64,000 nt of DNA from an uncultured Ignavibacteriaceae bacterium (GTDB lineage Bacteria; Bacteroidota; Ignavibacteria; UBA10030): NCBI GenBank assembly GCA_964651225.1, contig CAZYYD010000004.1, forward strand, positions 8,932 to 72,931. Direction: 5' to 3'. Of this stretch, positions 32,059 to 45,075 are shown one piece after another. The notes beneath the pieces are model-generated. The model saw only the letters and a program-made list of their open reading frames with translations. It made no database searches and was not told where the DNA came from. A program made the position numbers and the translations under genes. Numbering within the stretch: the first letter of the stretch is position 1; each line of letters opens with the position of its first letter.

Positions 32059-32679
32059 TTATTTACGGACTATAGCATCAAGCATTGATTTGATTTCCGA
32101 TAATTCTTTTTTAAACTGTTCAGCAATTTCATACCATTTATTTCCCGCTCCCAATTTTCCTTCTAATGACTTCCATTCAAGAACTTGATCCTCTACATAT
32201 AATTTATTATTCAAAGGATTCTTATAACTAACTTTTACCTTATAAGAAGAAAGGGTTAGACTTTGGAGATTGACGAAATTGGAAAAGAATTCCTTTAACT
32301 CAAGATTTGGTGGAAGAAGTGGAATACCGGTTGTAAACTTTGGTGTCTTACTAATTGGATCTCTTTTGTTCCAATCACCTTGGTCTAATTCACTATCAAA
32401 TTCAAATCTGGTATCTTTTGCTTGAAGTTTTCCAATATTCTTGATAACCAATTCGACATTACTTCCGTCTAAGCCAGTTTGGAAGTAGATAATCACGTAG
32501 GGTCGATTCTCCTCCTCCCTCGCCACTTTCATTTCGTTCAACGCTTTCTCAGATGCTTCGACAGACTTCCGTGTTGCATCAGCCATTGCCCAAGTCTTCC
32601 AAACGTAAATGATAATTGCTATCAATGTTAGACATTGAACGATTAAAAGACTGATTTGAACTGTAGTAGAATCCATCAT
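32059..32679 (-). CDS. single-pass membrane-anchored hypothetical protein
   Basis: It has an N-terminal TM helix (LLIVQCLTLIAIIIYVW) followed by a beta-rich domain. Confidence 0.45.
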   Translation of the reverse strand: MMDSTTVQISLLIVQCLTLIAIIIYVWKTWAMADATRKSVEASEKALNEMKVAREEENRPYVIIYFQTGLDGSNVELVIKNIGKLQAKDTRFEFDSELDQGDWNKRDPISKTPKFTTGIPLLPPNLELKEFFSNFVNLQSLTLSSYKVKVSYKNPLNNKLYVEDQVLEWKSLEGKLGAGNKWYEIAEQFKKELSEIKSMLDAIVRK

Positions 32680-32762
32680 TCATATTCCTGGCACATTCTT
32701 TATTTCTTCATCTTTAGTCATGCCAAATACAAATTCTTTTAACAAATTTATATTCTCTGTTC

Positions 32763-35292
<2,530 letters not shown>

Positions 35293-35300
<8 letters not shown>

Positions 35301-36912
35301 CCTCTTCCCCACCAGTATCGCCTACCTCGTCACTGGGCCGTTCGGCAATAAGGGACTCAATAAATGCAATCTGTTTCGATGTGATTCCGTAACGTTCAAA
35401 TAAGTCTTTATCGGTCCACATGCGATTCATAGGCAGTAGAGGCACGAAACGGTAAGAGTCACGCGTAATGTTTTGAGTGATCTTTCGAAGTGAAACAAGG
35501 AATCTTACAAATCTTGTTCGCATATACGCAGCGAGGTTTCTAGCTTCAGTCTCGGATTTGCATACACCAATTACAAGATAGGTTTCTGTGCAAGCAGAGC
35601 CTGGAGCTGCGATAACAGGCTCGCCCAAAATCGTGACGTCATCTCGTCCACTTGTGCCGTGAGCCTTGACCAAAAGCACTTTCCACTGATCAATCCATTC
35701 AACATTGCTGGTGATTGCGGAGCGTTCCATGAACGACGTCTGCTGATTTCCATAAACCAAAACGGGCTTTTTAAACCCTTGTTTCGTCGGCTTGCCACGT
35801 TGGTTCGTTAATCCAAAAGGTTTCCTAGCTGACACTTGATCACCGAGACTCGGCTCAATCTGCTTCTTATTTCGGAATCCAGTAACCTTATCGAGTATCC
35901 GCACCGCTTCGTTCCGCCGAACCAGAACATCGTAAGCGTCGAGCTTCCGCACTACGGGTTCACCGATGATCTCGTTTCCGATCATGGTGACTACCTCGCA
36001 GCCACCTTTGTGTTCACGCCCCCATAGCCAATATGAAACGCCACCACGAATCTTGACCCCTGGGAATACGTCATACAATTGAGGGAAATCAACAAGCTTC
36101 ACGAAATGGTGGTCGCGCAACATTCGGTCGCGGAAATCGTCAAGGCCTTTGCCACCTGAGAACCAACGCGAAGGTGTAATCATCGCTGCATAGCGCGGTT
36201 CAAGAGAGAGCACTGACTCAACAAATAGGTTGTAGATCGGCGTCGCAGAAGCGCCACCACCACCGCCGCCATCTCCAAGCTGATACGGGGGGTTCCCGAT
36301 GATTACGTCGAATTGCATGTTACCTCCAAATATTTCAACCAGCCGGTTTTTTATGTCGTCTGTATGAATGAACGTGTACGCATGAGTTTCAAGATCCTCA
36401 GATCGTTCGAGAACGGATCGTGCGGCCCCGCAATACTTACAATTGTTGCCATCCCAAGTGTGCTTGACGCGCTTGAACCAAATGTTGCCATCGTCGGTGG
36501 CAAAACCCTTAACAATGGAGTGTTCACCCATGGCGTGTTTTGAGCAATACACACTTCGCCGCGCAAGCAGGCTGGTGATCTGTGTGATGCCAATGCCAAA
36601 CACTTGCTTGGTTAGGATATGGTTTATGCGCTTTTTTAAATCTGGTATCTCTTTTTCCAATCCCTTCGTGAGGCGGCTGGTGATCTCGCGCAAGAACACG
36701 CCGGATTTTGTGCAGGGGTCCAGGAACTTCACCGTCTTGTCAGCCCAGAGGTTTCCGCCGTCGTGGTTAGCAGCCCATGCCTCGGTCAGCGTGTCCAGCA
36801 TCCAGTTGGCGAACTCTGGAGGTGTGAAGACTTCGTCGTTGGAAAGGTTGGCGATACACGTTAATACATCCGGGTTGCGGCCGCGCAGCGTAAATCTGGC
36901 CTGTGTATTCAT
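35293..36912 (-). CDS. N6-adenine DNA methyltransferase (Eco57I/gamma-class-like)
   Basis: It has SAM motif I FLDPCTKSGVFL and catalytic motif IV IIGNPPYQ, followed by a Gly run. Confidence 0.85.
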
Positions 36913-37553
36913 AGGGTTTCCTCCTTTGCAACGGCGGCCAGTTCACTTACCGTCATTGGCGGGTAAGTCCGGGTTGGTGTGAAGATGTCATGCCTGCCGA
37001 CGTCTGCGAAGAGAGAGTCCTCCGCGCTGAACGCTGCCGATTGCGTCAGGTCACCGAACCGAAAGTCGCGCCTCTGGAATTTGCCCTTGCCTAAGTACCC
37101 CCACTCAGCAAAGGTGATCGGTTGACCATCGTGGGTGCGCATCTTCAGGGCATCGCCGTGGACAAGGTTTTGTGAAAGGACGTGGAATGCGGCCCGATAG
37201 AGATCGTCCGATGGGTCGAGGTTCAGATACTCTGCAAATATTTCCAGCAGGTTCGCACGACACTCGGCGATATTGTCTGTCAATAGTTCGATGCCATACG
37301 CGCACATCAACGCCAATAACGCATACTGCCTCTTCTCAAAATCGGACTTACCGTACTTGAGTTCAACGGCGGCAAGTTTCCGCTTTAGTATTCTGACGAG
37401 ATAATTGCCACTTCCGCACGCCGGTTCCAAGAACCGGGAATCTATTCTCTCCGTCTCATCTTTCACAAGGTCAAGCATCGCCTCAACCATCCAAGCGGGA
37501 GTGAATACCTCACCGTGGTCGGCAATACGTTGTTTTGATTTAATTAAATTCAT
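36909..37553 (-). CDS. short methyltransferase-like protein (motif I only, no NPPY)
   Basis: It has GEVFTPAWMVEAMLD and FLEPACGSGNYL, and ends before any catalytic NPPY/DPPY. There is an ATGA overlap with the downstream methylase gene. Confidence 0.6.
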   Translation of the reverse strand: MNLIKSKQRIADHGEVFTPAWMVEAMLDLVKDETERIDSRFLEPACGSGNYLVRILKRKLAAVELKYGKSDFEKRQYALLALMCAYGIELLTDNIAECRANLLEIFAEYLNLDPSDDLYRAAFHVLSQNLVHGDALKMRTHDGQPITFAEWGYLGKGKFQRRDFRFGDLTQSAAFSAEDSLFADVGRHDIFTPTRTYPPMTVSELAAVAKEETL

Positions 37554-37624
37554 GTTTTGAAGATATTCTCAGTGCACAGTCTTTTAGTGCGGGTTTATTT
37601 GTTGGTATTGGTTTGTTCATATAT

Positions 37625-38512
37625 TCATTTATTGTCAGTGTATTTTATTTTAGCGTTCCCATTTGCTGTGTCGTATTGAAATCCGAATTTTGTATATCTG
37701 GGTTTACCGAATTCATCCTCATAAGTAACAGTACCCAAAAAATAAAATCCTTTTTGTCCGGTTTGAATAAGCCTCAACTCTTCGGCATTAAGCGCCCTAT
37801 TGTAATACGCCTCTTGTGGTGGAAGACTATAATGCGAAGGAAGAACGGCAAATTCAGGAATCGTATCTTTTTCAATTCTAATATAATCAGATTTATAAAT
37901 TCCACTGCCAAGTTTCACTCCACAAAGGATATTTACCTTGTGCGCACCTGTTTCTCCAGAATTTTGCATCGTCCATGTAACTTTTGGGATTTTATTAACT
38001 TCGAGTTTATCAAATTTAGCATAATCAACAAAAACAGTTGCTCTTGTTTTCAAATATATCGCTAATTGCTGAATGGAATCCAGTTCTGTTATTTTGCTGT
38101 ATTTTGTTTTTTTAGGGATAACAAGCGAGCGGGGTTGTTTAATTTGAGATGAATCATTTTTAACAGTCAGAGTATCTCTTGGTTGAACTATTGGTTCTTG
38201 TTCTCCGATTTGTAGAATACTTGAAGCATAAAACAAGATTAACAATATGGATAAGGCAATTGGATATAAAAATATCGGCTTGATAGTACCATGAGCAAAA
38301 AGAGAAAGTCCTATTACAATAAATAATGAACCACTAAAAGCGACCCAAACACTCGTGTTATATTTAAAAAAAGTTATATATGCATACGGAATGGCACCCA
38401 AGCTAATAGAAGCGATTGCCAATATATTTCTAAGTGTAGAATTATCGGAATTTTGATTGGTATCTTTATTCTGGGATGTTATTCTGGAATGTTTATGATG
38501 TGGCTTAGACAT
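37625..38512 (-). CDS. multi-pass membrane protein with C-terminal soluble domain
   Basis: It has three or four TM helices after a polar N-terminus. No recognisable motif was found. Confidence 0.45.
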   Translation of the reverse strand: MSKPHHKHSRITSQNKDTNQNSDNSTLRNILAIASISLGAIPYAYITFFKYNTSVWVAFSGSLFIVIGLSLFAHGTIKPIFLYPIALSILLILFYASSILQIGEQEPIVQPRDTLTVKNDSSQIKQPRSLVIPKKTKYSKITELDSIQQLAIYLKTRATVFVDYAKFDKLEVNKIPKVTWTMQNSGETGAHKVNILCGVKLGSGIYKSDYIRIEKDTIPEFAVLPSHYSLPPQEAYYNRALNAEELRLIQTGQKGFYFLGTVTYEDEFGKPRYTKFGFQYDTANGNAKIKYTDNK

Positions 38513-38749
38513 TAAAAGATACCTTGATTGGAATTATTTGCTCATAAGGTTGTTATTTGTCAATCTTCCATCGCAAGTGTTTAAAAATATTGTTTTTTTC
38601 CTTTACCTGTGCTGCAAAACGCTTTAGAAATGTTTGTGCTTATCTGTACGTGTTCGCCGCCCGTGTGTCCCAACGGTTTCTGTAAAGCGGTAATTAACGG
38701 CGGGGCATTCCTACAATGAGATCGGCGCTCCCGCGAATGGAAAACATCA

Positions 38750-39649
38750 TTATTCTTCACTAAAATAATCTGAATCGATTCGCTTGATTTCGTAATTGGC
38801 AACTGGTGTAACACCAAGGTTGTGATCAATCATATACTGCGCAAACTGTTGACCATCGATCAAAACGATTTTACTCTCAATCTTGGCGACATAATCGTGC
38901 GCCTCTTTTGAAAAGTCAGAGGTAGAGATGAAAATACCTTTCTTCGCACGTTGGCCTTGTAATGCGCCAGCAAACTTTTGAATTTCAGGCCGGCTGACGG
39001 TAGCCTCCCAGCGTTTGGCTTGGATGTAAATGATGTCGAGCCCGAGGCGATCTTCTTTGATGATACCATCAATTCCTTCATCTCCAGACTTGCCGACTGC
39101 CTTACCCGCATCTTTAAGAGTGCCACCATAGCCCATAGCGACAAGCAATTGAACTACCATCCTCTCAAATTGATGTGGCGAGCTTGCTTTAATTTGTTGG
39201 AGAATATCGCTGGCAAGATTTTGGCGCAAACTCAGATATGCACTTTCGAGAACTTCTTCGGGAGTATCGTTGGATGTCGGTAATACTTCTTCTGATTTTT
39301 CGTGCCGGAGAGATTTGAATTCTTTAAACTCGGCAAATTGCTCAAGAAATTCTGCATCAATTCGTTTGGGATTAGAGGCCAAAACTTCTTTGCCTCGTTT
39401 GGAGATAATGAAGAAAGATCGGCGGGGAGCGTCAAGAAGCATTGCCTTCTTCATATAAGTTCTTGCCCAACCGACTCGATTATGAAAAACGGTTTGCTGA
39501 CCACCTGGAAGAAGCACTTCACGTTCTTCTTCACTTAGCCCAAAAACCTCAGCAAGCTTTTCCACAGTCTCTCGAAGTGTATGTTCTTTTCCATCTCCTG
39601 CAAATTGCAAGAGAGGAAGCATTATTGTTTGATAATCTGGAATGGCCAT
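38750..39649 (-). CDS. mrr: Mrr-family restriction endonuclease
   Basis: It has an N-terminal winged-helix (MAIPDYQTIMLPLLQF…) and a catalytic region GDEGIDGII…LGLDIIYIQAKRW. Confidence 0.85.
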   Translation of the reverse strand: MAIPDYQTIMLPLLQFAGDGKEHTLRETVEKLAEVFGLSEEEREVLLPGGQQTVFHNRVGWARTYMKKAMLLDAPRRSFFIISKRGKEVLASNPKRIDAEFLEQFAEFKEFKSLRHEKSEEVLPTSNDTPEEVLESAYLSLRQNLASDILQQIKASSPHQFERMVVQLLVAMGYGGTLKDAGKAVGKSGDEGIDGIIKEDRLGLDIIYIQAKRWEATVSRPEIQKFAGALQGQRAKKGIFISTSDFSKEAHDYVAKIESKIVLIDGQQFAQYMIDHNLGVTPVANYEIKRIDSDYFSEE

Positions 39650-39849
39650 AATCTATTCCTAAGGATTGTTCTTGCACCTAGCTGAACACTCTTAATCCAA
39701 GCACACTTCATTCAATATTTACCTCTCTACATATAGGATTTGTTCGAAATGCGATTTATTTGGAGTTAGTTTGTGCACCAATGTACCCGAATGCGGTGCT
39801 AAAATCAATTTTAGAGCCAGAAATGAGATTCACCCCCCCACCGCTCGCC

Positions 39850-39957
39850 TCAGTATTTCATACCACAAGCCATGCATCGCAATGTCATTCCAACGGCTTT
39901 GTCGAGCCTGGGTGGTTCGCCGTAGAAATAATGATGGAGGTCTATGGTGTTGGGCAT
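39850..39957 (-). pseudogene. 35-codon remnant paralogous to the N-terminus of the 40596..40865 gene
   Basis: It encodes MPNTIDLHHYFYGEPPRLD…, compared with MPNPIDLHQYFYGEPPKLD… in the full gene. The two share a ~61-nt near-identical DNA block. Confidence 0.45.
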
Positions 39958-39962
39958 TTGAA
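39902..39962. repeat. direct repeat copy 1 (partner at 40810..40870)
   Basis: The 61-nt blocks differ at about four positions. The similarity continues more weakly for ~60 nt to the right of each copy. Confidence 0.85.
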
Positions 39963-40043
39963 CTGTTTTCTCTTATTGAGACTGCGAAATCCTGCTCTGT
40001 TGGACTTCTTCCTTTTGTAAATTGGTTAGGAAACACGTGATAA

Positions 40044-40520
40044 TTATTCGTCAAGACTCTCTGTGTCAACAAATGGAATGTTTTCAAGAACGTCTAATAT
40101 TTTCACTTGTGGAAAGTCGACCGAACTATTAAGTTGTCGCACGATAGCTTCTTTGGTCTGACGAGATAGGACTATAAAATATTTTATTATTGTTGGGTTT
40201 TGATTGGACAACCGCTCCAGATCATTTTTGATCGCCTGTTTCTGTGGTCCACGAAGACTTCCTGTAGAGGATGTCAAAGTAGTCTTTACTTCGGCAACGA
40301 GTCTTAATGATCTATTGTTATCGTAACCCTGAATATCAATGCCCGCAGCACCAGCATTGTCGTATTCTAGAGACACATTTGGATGCAACAGTTTCAGCTT
40401 TTCTATGGCGATCAAAGCGAGTTTATCGTGAATACGATTATTCAACTTCCCAATTGATTCCTTAAGTCGGAGTAAGAATTGTATTTCATCCAAGTATATT
40501 TTGAGTAATTCTTCGGGCAT
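40044..40520 (-). CDS. hypothetical protein, possible PD-(D/E)xK nuclease fold
   Basis: GIDIQGYD…LVAEVKT fits a D…ExK pattern. The ATG at 40520 is preferred. This is a weak motif-only call. Confidence 0.4.
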   Translation of the reverse strand: MPEELLKIYLDEIQFLLRLKESIGKLNNRIHDKLALIAIEKLKLLHPNVSLEYDNAGAAGIDIQGYDNNRSLRLVAEVKTTLTSSTGSLRGPQKQAIKNDLERLSNQNPTIIKYFIVLSRQTKEAIVRQLNSSVDFPQVKILDVLENIPFVDTESLDE

Positions 40521-40595
40521 AATAATTGGCTCTTTCTGTTGACTAACGATGGCACTATCCTGCAGGTGCACCATTTACTTGTGGCTTTGTGGTCC

Positions 40596-40865
40596 TCACT
40601 TTATTTTGTTATTGGATTCTTTTGACGCGATATACTCTTTCATTTCCTTGAGTTCTTCAGGCGTTAAGACCTTGAGCAATTCCTCATCAGTCTCGCCCAT
40701 CATGTCCAGTATGTCGAAGTCTCTGTGTCTATCAGTCAAATCAGCCATGTTCATTTCTTCCCTGAAAGTTTCTTTTAAACCACGTCGTGACCACCTGCAG
40801 TAGTATTTATCGAGTTTGGGTGGTTCGCCGTAGAAATATTGATGGAGGTCTATGGGGTTGGGCAT
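40596..40865 (-). CDS. small acidic hypothetical protein
   Basis: It is an 89-aa ORF ending 21 nt upstream of the longest ORF start (40574) of the next gene. Its N-terminus is duplicated at 39850..39957. Confidence 0.45.
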   Translation of the reverse strand: MPNPIDLHQYFYGEPPKLDKYYCRWSRRGLKETFREEMNMADLTDRHRDFDILDMMGETDEELLKVLTPEELKEMKEYIASKESNNKIK

Positions 40866-40870
40866 TTGAA
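40810..40870. repeat. direct repeat copy 2 (partner at 39902..39962)
   Basis: The evidence is the same as for copy 1. This copy covers the start codon and first ~18 codons of the 89-aa gene. Confidence 0.85.
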
Positions 40871-41018
40871 TGATTTTCTTCTGACTTCTCCCTTTTTGAA
40901 ATGGTTAGAACACACGCGGTAGAATGTTCTATGGAGCGAACAGTTGAGCCAGAACAATAACGAAGAGCCATTGCCAGCAACGAGCGACGTTGCTACCGCT
41001 ATTAGCCGAAGTGCTCAA

Positions 41019-41558
41019 TTATTTGTTTACCTTGATGTCTCCATATGATAAACAAGAATATGGCGGACGAATGACAATAAAGTACAGACGATAAATCTTT
41101 GGTTCGAGTCCAGAAAGATCTATGGAAACAGAATACCAACCAGCCAATTGCTTTTGGGCCACTAGTGTCATGATAACATGCTCTGGCTTATCATTTAGTG
41201 TTACCACAACTGAGTCTTTCGTTGCAAGTGAATAGTAAAAAGTACATGTCCTGGTTGCGGGGTTCGGATATGCAGGAGAAGGGCAAGTGTATGCTGGCAG
41301 CATGTAAGAACTCGTATCTGGTTCACCTGGTTTAGGACAATCAGAAATGCACTTCCAATCATCCGGATCTACATTACCTATCGGCTCTGGACTAATGTCC
41401 CCAGTCTCTGTTATTCCGCTGAAAGGCTCGGGGCCTGTTGTCGTATCTTTGCACGAGATTAGAATGACCGCGATGGTTATGAATAGGACGAAAAGCAGAA
41501 TAGCAGTATCGTATTTGTTCATTGTTGACCTCTTATTTCTTGGCATGACGGCTAACAT
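41019..41558 (-). CDS. small secreted lipoprotein with T9SS-tail-like C-terminus
   Basis: It has a TM/signal segment plus a Cys (…LISCKD), and AYPNPATRTCTFYYSL…YRLYF resembles Por-type sorting domains. Confidence 0.5.
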   Translation of the reverse strand: MLAVMPRNKRSTMNKYDTAILLFVLFITIAVILISCKDTTTGPEPFSGITETGDISPEPIGNVDPDDWKCISDCPKPGEPDTSSYMLPAYTCPSPAYPNPATRTCTFYYSLATKDSVVVTLNDKPEHVIMTLVAQKQLAGWYSVSIDLSGLEPKIYRLYFIVIRPPYSCLSYGDIKVNK

Positions 41559-41751
41559 GTGTAATTACGCCACAAGCAATTCGTGCGTTCTAACCATTTC
41601 TATATTGCGATAAATACGGCGGGGTGTTCCCGCATTGAACTCCATCAGCAACTCAATCAACTCAACGTAAGGCCAATAATCTCGGCTTTCTCTTGGCCCC
41701 ATTAACAGCGCCTTCTACTTCCTGAGTTTGTTACTTAGGGAGGCTTAGAAT

Positions 41752-42396
41752 TTAGTTATAATCATTATTTTCCCTTGATGTTGAAAAAGTAATATTCTCG
41801 CTTGAATTAATAAATGTTACTTTTATCGGATTTCTTCCATCGGTACCAATTATTTTCCCTTTACAAATTATTCTTATATATTCAGGAGAGTCAATAATAA
41901 CTTCGTATGTTCCATTTTCAGTTATTCTAAGATTCTCTGGAATTGTAAATCCTTTAAACGAATTACCTCCACCACCAATTGCCAATGGTTTTCTATAATA
42001 CTGTTGCGCGATTATACTAATATGTTCCCCTTCTGAAAGTATAGCATCTCTGTTAGATTGGATAGAAGATGAAGTAAATAAATTAATACCCACAACAATT
42101 GCGATTCCAAAACTTATTGTAGAAAAAAATAAAGTAGAAATTATGCCTAATATCATACCGGCTTTCGTTGTATTTTTTTCAGAATCAGAGATAAGACCTT
42201 TATTTATTTTTTTTAGATCCTTATTACCCATTACCCAAGCAGGTATACCGAAAATTGGACCTAATATGAATAAGAAAATGCTCAAAATTCCCAAAACAAT
42301 AATTAAAGCACCTCTTCCAGGTTCTTGACATTTCGTTGTATTTTCAGTTAAAATTTTGTTTGAATCTTGTTGATCTGTCATTGTAGTCACTCCCAA
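41752..42396 (-). CDS. membrane protein (DUF4190-like N-terminal TM pair)
   Basis: It has GILSIFLFILGPIFGIPAWVMGNKDLKKI and a second TM helix. Confidence 0.45.
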   Translation of the reverse strand: MGVTTMTDQQDSNKILTENTTKCQEPGRGALIIVLGILSIFLFILGPIFGIPAWVMGNKDLKKINKGLISDSEKNTTKAGMILGIISTLFFSTISFGIAIVVGINLFTSSSIQSNRDAILSEGEHISIIAQQYYRKPLAIGGGGNSFKGFTIPENLRITENGTYEVIIDSPEYIRIICKGKIIGTDGRNPIKVTFINSSENITFSTSRENNDYN

Positions 42397-42710
42397 TTAT
42401 TTAAAAAGCCTAACGTTAAGGATTTTATCCACCCACATCTCATACGTAGCCTGTGCGGATAACATTCGGTTGAGCTAAGCCGCTTCAAGATCCCGCTCAG
42501 TAGTAAATATGCCGATAATGTAAGCCAATGTGGGGCGAAAATCAATTTTGTATGTCCGGTCTAACAAGCTGTTGCCATAGATAGTGCTGCTCTGAGTTGT
42601 TAATACTATATCGGTTCGGCATCTTTAGTTCGAGGACGTTCTTTCAAGGGAGGCGGAATGCCTGGTGCCCTGAGAGCTCCATCATCATCCGTGACGCTTG
42701 GATATCCGAC

Positions 42711-42758
42711 TGTACATATATCAGATCTTTATGTCCAAGAAGGTCTGATATATGTACA
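42711..42758. repeat. perfect 15-bp inverted repeat with 18-nt spacer
   Basis: TGTACATATATCAGA at 42711-42725 pairs with TCTGATATATGTACA at 42744-42758. Confidence 0.9.
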
Positions 42759-43231
42759 TTGGTAGAAGTGTCCTGACTGTCCAGTTACGATATCAATGAG
42801 TGGGCACACTGTTCACTCTCAAAGTTTCTGTATTCAGACTCATACCGAAACCCTCCCCGAATACACGGCAAGAAAATCAGCGAATTCTGAAACAGCTGTC
42901 AACGAACATTATCTAGCACCACCTAGCGCAATATCTAGTACTGGCGTGCGCAAAATCTGGTACACCCTGCGCAGCTGTTGATAAACCCTAATAACGGCGA
43001 TACTGAAATGCTCGTTTTGGACCCTTAATATTCTATAATACATTTTTGATACTACTTCTCCACGATTCTGCGAGGTGTCGAAGACTGGATCCCCCACGGA
43101 ATGCGCACATTTCTGATAAAAGCGAAACCGCACCGTTTTTTCTGGAATTTGGCAATCCACAGGAATATCAGCTTATGGCGTTAGAAACAAGAAACCCCGC
43201 CGGATGACGGGGCTCATCTTCAATTCCTCAT

Positions 43232-44161
43232 CTAGTCTTTGATGCCAACCCACATATAGACATAAAAAGAAAATCTGTTATTAGCAGACGAGCCCCCCGA
43301 CACAAATTCGTAGTAGTTACTAAAAGAGATCGTAGGAGAGAAAGAGCGACCTTTATATTCAAAGGTATCAAAGAATAGGCGTTTTGCAATTCTATCGCGA
43401 TAATCCGAATATTCGCTTTCTGGAAGAGCGAAGTTTTCTGAAATCTCTTTATTCCAATCAGCAAGGCGTACGGAAGAAGAACTCCAACTACTACTATTGG
43501 TATCGAGGTCAAGTAAGTAGAAGTGCACCTTGAGATCTCGAATATATGCACCAGACCATTTACTGAAAATTGGCGTCGTGGTGGCGGTAAATGAGATCCT
43601 AGCTTGGAATGAAACCCTCTTCTCTACCCCATCTTTTGTGTATTTCAATATCACTTCTCTAGTAAGATTCACTTCTTTGTTTTCGTAGCGGAGTCTGGTG
43701 ACCATGTAGTGATCCCAACTGGGCATGATTCCCTTGGATTTATCGAATCTCTCGTCTGCCAAGAGCTCTTCATCTCCGACTTGCGCGAGCCATTTGTCCT
43801 GGCCTGGCGGTATCGTAGGCAGTGGTTCCCATGCAAATCCACTCGTCTTTGCTGCGGAAGTACTTGGTCTTGCCTCTCTGGTATCACTTTCTGAATGGGA
43901 TTTTACATCGTCGTTCATCTTCACAACCGTATTGTCGGCATATAGAATGAGATCAACCTCGGACCGTGGTATCAAAAGAAAGGGTTTGGGTCCCTTTGGA
44001 CGAATCTCAATATTCTCTTCTGTGACACGTAGTATTTTGCATTCTATTACAGTCTTGTCTTTTTTAACAATCTTGTCATAAGGTCCTTTATCTTGAGACA
44101 AAGCAGAGGCGAATGTGAATAGGACAAGAATCAAGGAGAGAATAGTGCGAGGTAGGGCCAT
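43232..44161 (-). CDS. secreted hypothetical protein
   Basis: The internal ATG at 44161 gives MALPRTILSLILVLFTFASALSQ, a signal peptide. Confidence 0.5.
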   Translation of the reverse strand: MALPRTILSLILVLFTFASALSQDKGPYDKIVKKDKTVIECKILRVTEENIEIRPKGPKPFLLIPRSEVDLILYADNTVVKMNDDVKSHSESDTREARPSTSAAKTSGFAWEPLPTIPPGQDKWLAQVGDEELLADERFDKSKGIMPSWDHYMVTRLRYENKEVNLTREVILKYTKDGVEKRVSFQARISFTATTTPIFSKWSGAYIRDLKVHFYLLDLDTNSSSWSSSSVRLADWNKEISENFALPESEYSDYRDRIAKRLFFDTFEYKGRSFSPTISFSNYYEFVSGGSSANNRFSFYVYMWVGIKD

Positions 44162-45075
44162 GGTCGATCTCCCAACAAAGCGATTTGGAGCATTCAACTC
44201 TTTAATGGAGGTATCATAAGAGTTCAATAACCACATTGAATGAATCTGCCCAGATCTAACTTGATCTAGTTTGATTGTCGTGTAAAGATGCAAAAACCTT
44301 CATCATGTATCAGTGAGTCTGCAGGTCATCAAGAATCCTCGTCCGGCTTCTTCTACCGGTGGATAATACGCAGACTACGCAAAGAGGTCAAGCTGTTAAT
44401 GATTTGCAGCATGAGTATCCATCTCAGCCACTCCAGCAACGCCCTTCTCAACATCACACACCTCCAAACACAGGCACCGTTTTCTTATCTGCTAGGTGAT
44501 CGCTTCCAACTTTGATATCGCTGGTATAGCTCGCCTCCATCTTCATCGTCACCCAATAGAACATAAGGATCTGGTTGTTCCATTGACCATTCCTTATGTG
44601 TTTTTGCGAAGGATTTGTTTTCAAGGTAATCAAACCAAAAAACAGTGTCAAGCTCGGTCGAGTTAATTCGATTTACTGTGTAACAACTCGATAAAAATGT
44701 CAGTATCACAGCATAAAATCAATAAAACACTTACATTGAAATTGGACCCTCGATGGGGGCAATTACCCCATAGGAAAAAACTAAACAACGCACTGGCACA
44801 TAAACTGGGGGCAGATCAATCTGCTAGCCTATGGATCGCCTATGAGTGGAAGCTCTGACTTCCGATTTTAGGATGCAGCTTGTTTGTGCTGACTAATAAA
44901 AGAGACCCAGATCATGAATCTTCGAGGCTCGGCGTCGTGATCGACAAACTCACCGCAAAAGTACCACCTTTCTGAAGCGACCAACCCGCAATATTTTTTG
45001 GCCGGCTAGAGAATCAGTTACTCATTCTACAAGAGTCGGCCAATTCGCGCGACTCATCATTCTGAAATCTAATTC

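Noticed and set aside
44454-44709. Small minus-strand ORFs 44485..44709 (lipoprotein-like FLSSC) and 44454..44651.
   Set aside because: They overlap each other, are short, and lack a clear ribosome-binding site. Either might be real, but the support is insufficient.
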